Notes under the pieces: generated by a model
Database searches by the model: none
Told to the model about the DNA's origin: nothing
Seen by the model: only the letters and a program-made list of their open reading frames with translations
NCBI GenBank assembly: GCA_021157525.1
Contig: JAGGWK010000037.1
Coordinates: 34,867 to 98,866, forward strand
DNA: 64,000 bases
DNA from: Candidatus Cloacimonadota bacterium
Lineage (GTDB): Bacteria; Cloacimonadota; Cloacimonadia; Cloacimonadales; TCS61
Reading direction: 5' to 3'
Program-made: the position numbers and the translations under genes
In this document: positions 57,344 through 64,000 of the stretch, in pieces
Layout: every line of letters begins with the position of its first letter
Numbering within the stretch: position 1 is the stretch's first letter

Positions 57344-60300
57344 TCACAGACTCCTGATAATGCCAATTCCCTGCTTGCCATCTATTTTCACTTCCAGAGG
57401 TTTTTCCAATCGAATATGCATAAAATACTGTCCCCGGCTGATAACCTTTTGCTGATACACCCAGGAGAGATCGAGAAAATCTGTTTCCGAACCCCAGGGA
57501 ATAGTGAAATATCCAACGTTCATGGAAATGAGATTGTGGAAGAAATGGGTTCCCTGGGATGCATCAACGTTAAAATCTTTCAATCCATATTCGATGATAG
57601 CCTTGGCATTGCAAATCTGTCCCCAGCGCACAGGAATGCCCAGAAAACGGTCTCGTGAACCCCAGCGTCCGGGTCCGATGAGAATGTATTTTTTCCCTTC
57701 CTGCACCATGGCATCGTTGCATGCCGAGACTTCTTCCTGCATAGCCACAGTCTGCGTGTTATCAAAGGCTTCCTGATCAAAGACGATAATGTCGTGGATA
57801 TGAGAAAACCGCCCATTTCCCATGGCTTTTTTGGTAAACAGCAAAAGCTGCTCTTTTTTCAATGATTCCAATTGAATCGATGTGTGGACAAATTGAATGT
57901 TCAAGGGGCGGATTTGCAAAAGATAAAACTCGTGTTCGCCGCCAGCTTGGGTACTGTCGGCCAGATTCATAGCAAATTCCAGTTCCACCGGTACCCCCAG
58001 AGATTTTTCCCCCATCTGTAACAGAGTGTTTATAATGCGGGCCAGAGGTGCATATTCGTGCTTGAGAATGTTGGCAAAATTGATAAGCAACGGCCCCTTT
58101 TCGGCGAGTCCGGGAACGATGCGATTGTTTTCATAATCCCAGATGCTGGCGGTATGCTTGAGGCTGCCATTTCCACGTATATTGCGCAACTGCAGCTGCA
58201 CAAGCCCCTCATTCTGACGTAGAGCTGCATCCTTGAAAGATATGGCATAGAGAGCCTTTTGTGATTGGGACATCAGCTTGTCCTGAGAGAGCATCTCAGC
58301 CTTGGGATAGAGGGGCGAAAATACGTAGGTGCGTCCGCCATCCACCACGGTTTTACCCAGTCCCACAGCCAGGGATGCAACTCCTTCATAGTTTTTGAGG
58401 TTGCCGGTAGGGTAGAAGTTGTAGGATTGCGCCACGCCACTGAGATGGGGATAGTAAAAATCGCCAAAAGTCTGGCCCACTACTTCCTGGATGACCACCG
58501 CCATCTTTTCATCCTCAATTTTGAAATTCGCACTGCGAATATACTCCCGTGCTGCCTCCATAAATATCGAAGCGTACACCAGCTTTATCCGCTCTGCCAG
58601 CTGATTGTACCGTTCTTCAAAATCCGAAGAATTATTGGGCAACATGTAGGTGGAATATACTCCTGCAAAGGGTTGTAACTGAGAATCCTCCAACAGGCTT
58701 GATGACCGTACGGCCAGAGGTTTATGGATTTTACTGAGCAGGATGCGCAGTTTGATATCCACCTGATTAGAAAGTTTACCATCTAAAAAGAGCTGCTCAA
58801 TTGTATCATCACTGGCGGTGATGCGCTGGAAAATAGAGGAGACATCAGAGTTATCATGCCACTGGGACACCACCTTTTTCCGCTGAAATGGCAAAGCGAT
58901 GATCTTCTCAATAAGGTGATTTTTCTCCAGAAATCGGTCAAATTCATTGGTGCCGATGATAAACGTTTTCGGCACGGCAATGCGGGTACGTGGGAAAAAG
59001 GATCTGAAATTGTAACTGGCCAACATATCATTGAGAAACGCCAAGCCCCGGCCTTTTCCGCCTAAGGATCCATCCGCCAGTTTTACCACCTGATAGGGAG
59101 CATTGAGCGTGGATGCACGAAAATCAACAATCTTTCCACGATGCTTTTTTTCCTGAACTTCACGAAATACGTAATGTAAATAGCGTCGAAGCATGGCAGG
59201 GTTTTTAAATTGGCTCATGGAAACAGCCCGCACTTTTTCTGCCAGCCGCACCTCACCATGGGCCATCAGCCAGGCAGAGAAATGGTTGCGGGTGCCATGA
59301 TACATTATCGATTCGTCAGGAATTGTTTGGAGCAGCGTATCAAATTCCTGCAAATTTCTGGCCCTGGCAATCTCTTCTCCTTCTGCATTACGCAGGATCA
59401 GATCGCCAAATCCCAGTTGATTGATGATGAACTTACGTATATCTGCCAAAAGTCTGTCAGAATTTTTGTACAGAAAGGATGCACCTAATTCGACGGCTTT
59501 GGAGTAGTTATCTGCATCACTGGATTGCAGAAGAAGAGGCAAGCCTACGGTTATTTTGTTAACTTCCTCCATCAATTTCAGACCGGCACCTTCATCAACT
59601 TCGCCATCTTTGGGGTAGGCGATATCCGATATCACGCACAGCAGATTATCCGTCTGATTCTTTATCACCTTCATCGCTTCTTCGTAGCTATGCACCATCA
59701 GCACTTTGGGCCGCAGTCGCATCCTGATTTTCTTTGCAAAGAGGTTCAGCTCATCGGAAATCAGTCGCTGAGTTTGCATCATGATCTCGGTATAAAGTAG
59801 CGGTAAATAGCGAGAATAGAAGTGGATAGAATCTTCCACAAGCAATATCGTCTTCACCATTCCACACTGGATGTCGTAATCCAAATTGCGCTTGTCTTCG
59901 ATATATTTTATCATGGCCAGCAATAGCGCATGGTCGCCATTCCACAAAAAGACATCTTCTATGGCACCCCGGGAATTGGCTTTTTCCATTATCGCCAAGT
60001 CAGATTCTACATTGAGCAACAGCAAAACAGGTAAATCCGGTTGCATCTTACGGATCTTTTCCGCCAACTCAAAGGGAGAATTGTTACCCGTCCGCATCAT
60101 GGTTATCACCAGATCAAAGTGCCGAATCTCGATCATCTCCAGCGCTTCCTGGGCCGAATCAATACTGACGATACGGGGAATTGAATCCAGTTGCAAACGC
60201 TCAAATATCCCAAAAAACTTTTCGCTGAAAACCCCATCTTCTTCCAAAATATAGGCATCATAGGGAGATGCAATGAGCAATATTTCGTGAACCCGATAGG

Positions 60301-60373
60301 GCATCAGGTTCCGCAGATTCAGTTCTTGTCGCGGTATCTCCGGCGTAAGTTTGTTGTTTTTATTCGATTCCAT
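57344..60373 (-). CDS. Two-receiver-domain protein fused to a PEP/pyruvate-binding (PPDK_N, ATP-grasp-like) domain
   Basis: First REC-like domain HEILLIASPYDAYILEEDG...FDLVITMM has Met at the acceptor position. Second REC has ILLVEDS...LLCVISDIAYP with the acceptor Asp present. PPDK_N-like LADGSLGGKGRGLAFLN, LAVRSSSLLEDS, AVVIQEVV. No GGxTSH swivel-His motif is seen. ATG at 60373 lies 7 nt after GGAGG. Confidence 0.7.
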   Translation of the reverse strand: MESNKNNKLTPEIPRQELNLRNLMPYRVHEILLIASPYDAYILEEDGVFSEKFFGIFERLQLDSIPRIVSIDSAQEALEMIEIRHFDLVITMMRTGNNSPFELAEKIRKMQPDLPVLLLLNVESDLAIMEKANSRGAIEDVFLWNGDHALLLAMIKYIEDKRNLDYDIQCGMVKTILLVEDSIHFYSRYLPLLYTEIMMQTQRLISDELNLFAKKIRMRLRPKVLMVHSYEEAMKVIKNQTDNLLCVISDIAYPKDGEVDEGAGLKLMEEVNKITVGLPLLLQSSDADNYSKAVELGASFLYKNSDRLLADIRKFIINQLGFGDLILRNAEGEEIARARNLQEFDTLLQTIPDESIMYHGTRNHFSAWLMAHGEVRLAEKVRAVSMSQFKNPAMLRRYLHYVFREVQEKKHRGKIVDFRASTLNAPYQVVKLADGSLGGKGRGLAFLNDMLASYNFRSFFPRTRIAVPKTFIIGTNEFDRFLEKNHLIEKIIALPFQRKKVVSQWHDNSDVSSIFQRITASDDTIEQLFLDGKLSNQVDIKLRILLSKIHKPLAVRSSSLLEDSQLQPFAGVYSTYMLPNNSSDFEERYNQLAERIKLVYASIFMEAAREYIRSANFKIEDEKMAVVIQEVVGQTFGDFYYPHLSGVAQSYNFYPTGNLKNYEGVASLAVGLGKTVVDGGRTYVFSPLYPKAEMLSQDKLMSQSQKALYAISFKDAALRQNEGLVQLQLRNIRGNGSLKHTASIWDYENNRIVPGLAEKGPLLINFANILKHEYAPLARIINTLLQMGEKSLGVPVELEFAMNLADSTQAGGEHEFYLLQIRPLNIQFVHTSIQLESLKKEQLLLFTKKAMGNGRFSHIHDIIVFDQEAFDNTQTVAMQEEVSACNDAMVQEGKKYILIGPGRWGSRDRFLGIPVRWGQICNAKAIIEYGLKDFNVDASQGTHFFHNLISMNVGYFTIPWGSETDFLDLSWVYQQKVISRGQYFMHIRLEKPLEVKIDGKQGIGIIRSL

Positions 60374-60881
60374 ACAAGCACCTCCAACTATACGACACAT
60401 TCAACAAATTAACCTTCCGCTGTAAACAAATTTCACGCATTCCCCGGAAAAGTTCGATTGTTGTTGCAGTAACTCTCTAAAAAGTATGGGTTTAAGGCTG
60501 AAGATAACATAAAAAGCGTATTGAAAAGAAATGCCCTTTTTTTATGGTATTATAGAAAACCCAAAAATGAGGGTAGAGACTCCGGTCTGTACCCTTCCTT
60601 TTATATCTATGTCCATAATGAGTTAGGTGCTTTTCACTGAGTTTGCATCCTGATAGTAAGAAATACCGTGATGTTTGCCGCGGCGAAACGTAGTGAATAC
60701 GGGTTCGCTGCAAAAAGTTTCCCCTTTGCATCTTTCTCCGTCGCGCCGTCCTGTCACAACGTAATGGAATGAAGGCGGAGCGCACTTGGCGGTGAAAATA
60801 AGAGGAAACAGACAGGCTGCATCTTTTTTATTTGACATATCAACTGCATAAAGCCAAATCTTGCACCAAAGGAGAAACAGT

Positions 60882-62747
60882 ATGAGCACTTTGAAGCGAC
60901 AATTGGGATTGATCGATGTCTTCAGCATCGCAGCGGGTTCTATGATCAGTTCGGGACTCTTCATTCTTCCGGGGTTGGCCTACTACAAATCCGGGCCGGC
61001 AGTGATTCTGGCATATCTCGTAGCGGGGATCCTGATACTTCCATCCATGCTGAGCAAAGCCGAGCTCTCTACTGCCATGCCAAAATCCGGTGGTACCTAT
61101 TTCTTTATAAACCGCAGTATGGGTGCCGGTTTTGGTACTATCGCCGGGATCAGTGCGTGGCTGTCTCTAGCCCTGAAAAGCGCTTTTGCTCTGGTGGGAA
61201 TCGGTGCTTTTGCCTCTCTTCTGTTTCCCGGTATCTCCCTTATCTCCATCAAATTCATCGCGGTAGCCTTTTGTATTTTCTTCACTATTATCAATCTCCG
61301 CAGCACTAAGCATGCAGGACGGATGCAGGTGATCATGGTGATGGTACTCATTGGCCTGCTGTTCTTTTATGTGGTTCGGGGCATACCGCAGGTGAGCAAC
61401 CGGCACTTTGAAGTCTTTATGATCGGTGATATCTCTAATCTCTTTATGACAGCCGGCTTGATCTTTATTTCATACGGTGGCCTTACAAAAGTTGCCAGTG
61501 TGGCGGAAGAGGTGAAAAATCCCAGCCGCAACATACCTCTGGGTATGATGCTTGCTTTTTTCATAGTTACAGTAGCCTACGTATTGGTAGTATTTGTAAC
61601 GGTGGGCGTTCTGGGTGATGCCTTGCTCCGGCCTGCTCCACAAAATTTTACCCTCACGCCCATCAGTGACGGCGCTGCGGTTTTTGCTGGTAAGCCAGGG
61701 ATGATCCTGCTCTCAATCGCTGCCCTGCTTGCTTTTTTTTCTACGGCAAATGCCGGGATTATGGCGGCATCACGCAACCCCATGGCTATGGCAAAAGATC
61801 ATCTGTTGCCATCTCTCTTCGGCAAAGTGAGTGCGTCTCACAACACGCCGGTGACCGCCATCCTCTTCACCAGCGCCTTCATGATCGTCATGATCTTCCT
61901 GCCATTGGAGATGCTGGTAAAAACCGCCTCAACTATGATGCTGCTACTCTTTATCTTTGAGAATATTTCGGTGATTATTATGCGGGAAAGCGGCATACAA
62001 AACTATCGGCCTAAGTTCAAATCACCCCTCTATCCATACATACAAATCTTCGCCGTGATTGCCTACATCTTCATCATTATTGAGATGGGCTCGGCTACAC
62101 TGATGCTCACCGGCATCTTTGTGGCTGGTGGTCTTTTGTGGTATGCTCTTTATGGACGCATCCGCTACAATCGGGAAAGTGCGCTGGTTCAGCTGGTAAA
62201 CAGAGTGAAGGCACGGGATCTGGTATCTTCGGCACTGGACAGCGAATTGCGTGAGATCATCCGTGAGCGGGATGACATCCAGAAAGATCGGTTTGATCAT
62301 CTTATTGAAAATGCCGAAATTCTGGATATTCCCCATGCAATTTCCAAAGATGAGTTCTTTCAATTGGCAGGTGCCCGGATGTGCTCTTCCCTTACTATTT
62401 CCTGCGATACCATTATAGAGAAGATGATTCAACGGGAAGATGAGAGCTCCACTGTTATCGCAGATAATCTTGCTATTCCGCACATTATCCTGGATGGAGA
62501 GAAGAAATTCAGCATCCTGCTGGTACGATGCAAAGAGGGTATTCACTTTTCCGATGATACTCCCAAAGTACAGATCGTCTTTGTAATCGCCGGTTCTCGG
62601 GATGAACGCACCTTCCATCTTCGTGCATTGGCAGCCATAGCGCAGATAGTACAGAATCCAAACTTCGAGAAGAAGTGGCTCCGGGCAAAGAACCTCGAAT
62701 CACTGCGAGACATCGTGTTGCTGGGTGAACGGAAGCGACACAACTAA
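60882..62747 (+). CDS. APC-superfamily amino acid/cation permease fused to a C-terminal PTS EIIA (type 2, EIIA-Ntr/Fru-like) domain
   Basis: About 12 TM segments with N-terminal LGLIDVFSIAAGSMISSGLFILPG. The C-terminal ~150 aa carry EDESSTVIADNLAIPHIILDG...VQIVFVIAGSRDERTFHLRALAAIAQIV, the EIIA-2 pattern with the phosphorylatable His (codon 62481-62483). GGAG RBS. Confidence 0.75.
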   Translation: MSTLKRQLGLIDVFSIAAGSMISSGLFILPGLAYYKSGPAVILAYLVAGILILPSMLSKAELSTAMPKSGGTYFFINRSMGAGFGTIAGISAWLSLALKSAFALVGIGAFASLLFPGISLISIKFIAVAFCIFFTIINLRSTKHAGRMQVIMVMVLIGLLFFYVVRGIPQVSNRHFEVFMIGDISNLFMTAGLIFISYGGLTKVASVAEEVKNPSRNIPLGMMLAFFIVTVAYVLVVFVTVGVLGDALLRPAPQNFTLTPISDGAAVFAGKPGMILLSIAALLAFFSTANAGIMAASRNPMAMAKDHLLPSLFGKVSASHNTPVTAILFTSAFMIVMIFLPLEMLVKTASTMMLLLFIFENISVIIMRESGIQNYRPKFKSPLYPYIQIFAVIAYIFIIIEMGSATLMLTGIFVAGGLLWYALYGRIRYNRESALVQLVNRVKARDLVSSALDSELREIIRERDDIQKDRFDHLIENAEILDIPHAISKDEFFQLAGARMCSSLTISCDTIIEKMIQREDESSTVIADNLAIPHIILDGEKKFSILLVRCKEGIHFSDDTPKVQIVFVIAGSRDERTFHLRALAAIAQIVQNPNFEKKWLRAKNLESLRDIVLLGERKRHN

Positions 62748-62802
62748 TTTTTCGGTTTACAGTGCATGGCACCCGGGAAAATCTGGCATCATGAGGTAAA
62801 TA

Positions 62803-64000
62803 ATGAAAGTTTATATAGAAACCTATGGCTGCCAGATGAATGTGGCCGACAGCGAGCTGGTGATGTCGATCTTGGGAAAGGAGCAACACACTGCTGCCGC
62901 ATCCATCGACGAAGCCGACGTGATAATCTTCAATACCTGCTCGGTGCGTCAGCACGCTGAAGACAGAGTATTGGGACGCATCTCTGCCGAAATGACCAGA
63001 AAGCGCCAGAAACCCCACATGAAAATAGGTGTGATCGGTTGCATGGCTCAGCGTCTGGGAGATAAACTGCACCAGATGAACAAGGGCATAGACTTTGTGG
63101 TTGGGGTAGATCAGTATCAGCAATTGCCTGCCATCATCTATGGATTGGAGCAGAAAGAGGATTTTGTTACCGCAACGGCGGTTAATCACAACGAAACCTA
63201 CAACAATCTGTATCCGGTACACACCGGTGATTTCAACGCCTTTGTTACTATCATGCGAGGATGCAATAACTTCTGTTCCTACTGCATCGTGCCCTACACC
63301 CGGGGCCGTGAGCGCAGTCGTCCAGTAGAAGAGATTTTGCAGGAAGTGCGGGAAGTGGGGGAGAAGGGCTTCCGTGATGTTACCCTTCTGGGCCAAAATG
63401 TGAACTCATATCACTACAGGGATGTGGACTTTCCCGAACTCCTGCGCAGAGTTAATGAGATTTCTTCCATACGACGCATCCGTTTTGTCACCTCGCATCC
63501 CAAAGATCTCTCTGATAACCTCATCAGCACCATGGCATCCTGTGAAAAAGTATGTGAACATGCCCACATCGCCATGCAGAGTGGCGACAATGCCATCCTG
63601 AAACGGATGAACCGGGGATACACTTTCGAGCATTTTTTGGATATCGCCGCCAAACTACGGAAAGCAATGCCGGGATTTGCTCTCACCACCGACATCATTG
63701 CCGGATTCCCCGGAGAAACCGAAGAACAGTTCATGGCCACCTACCACGCCATGGAAGCTATCGAATTTGATTACGCTTTTACCTTTAAGTATTCCCCCCG
63801 CACCGGCACCAAAGCCGCAGCCTTTACCGATCAGGTTCCCGAAGCAGTGCGGCTGGAACGGCTGCAACGGCTTATCGAATTGCAACAGGACATCACCCTG
63901 CGAAAGTATCAAGAGCAGACAGGCACAATAAAAGAGATTTATGTGGAAAAGGTGTCAAAAAAATCTGACAAGGAAGTGGCAGGGAAGAGTCGTGACTTCA
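62803..64000 (+). CDS. miaB: tRNA-i6A37 methylthiotransferase, N-terminal ~400 aa (3' end beyond the window)
   Basis: Own translation: MKVYIETYGCQMNVADSELV...FNTCSVRQHAEDRV (UPF0004 domain) and the radical-SAM site GCNNFCSYCIVPYTRGRERS. GAGG RBS. Absent from the ORF track because it runs off the window. Confidence 0.9.
   Translation, partial: MKVYIETYGCQMNVADSELVMSILGKEQHTAAASIDEADVIIFNTCSVRQHAEDRVLGRISAEMTRKRQKPHMKIGVIGCMAQRLGDKLHQMNKGIDFVVGVDQYQQLPAIIYGLEQKEDFVTATAVNHNETYNNLYPVHTGDFNAFVTIMRGCNNFCSYCIVPYTRGRERSRPVEEILQEVREVGEKGFRDVTLLGQNVNSYHYRDVDFPELLRRVNEISSIRRIRFVTSHPKDLSDNLISTMASCEKVCEHAHIAMQSGDNAILKRMNRGYTFEHFLDIAAKLRKAMPGFALTTDIIAGFPGETEEQFMATYHAMEAIEFDYAFTFKYSPRTGTKAAAFTDQVPEAVRLERLQRLIELQQDITLRKYQEQTGTIKEIYVEKVSKKSDKEVAGKSRDF

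Overview
This window is mostly core genome from a Gram-negative bacterium, probably an uncultured FCB-group lineage. The guess rests on a T9SS-type C-terminal sorting domain (YPNPFNPSTTISF); Cloacimonadota-like is only a guess. I call about 55 CDS, nearly all housekeeping:
- uppS, and prfB with its +1 frameshift.
- An FMN-riboswitch-controlled ribD-ribE-ribBA-ribH operon.
- hslO, rsmA, gltX, holB and glnS.
- A PhoB/PhoR-like pair with a small sigma factor, next to a Na/Pi-PhoU transporter.
- thyX and metK.
- A long minus-strand kdsA-kdsC-lptC-lptA-lptB-rpoN-lpdA-hpf-hprK-ptsH-ptsI cluster.
- dusB and miaB.

There are two tRNAs (Asp-GTC and Phe-GAA). I see no CRISPR array, prophage, integrase or recognisable defence island.

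The items that ordinary annotation does not explain are:
1. A tRNA-Asp locus followed by degenerate copies of its own 3' half. These sit inside two ~158-bp direct repeats that bracket a lone 84-aa GIY-YIG gene.
2. A window-wide excess, roughly 5- to 9-fold by hand count, of GGATGC(A)/(T)GCATCC, including six copies of the palindrome GGATGCATCC.
3. Several unusual domain fusions: a tandem ThyX, ChaN/Tiki + M1 peptidase, pseudo-REC + REC + PPDK_N, and an APC permease + PTS-EIIA in a genome region whose PTS genes look purely regulatory.

None of these is demonstrably a new system from sequence alone. All functional readings are inference.
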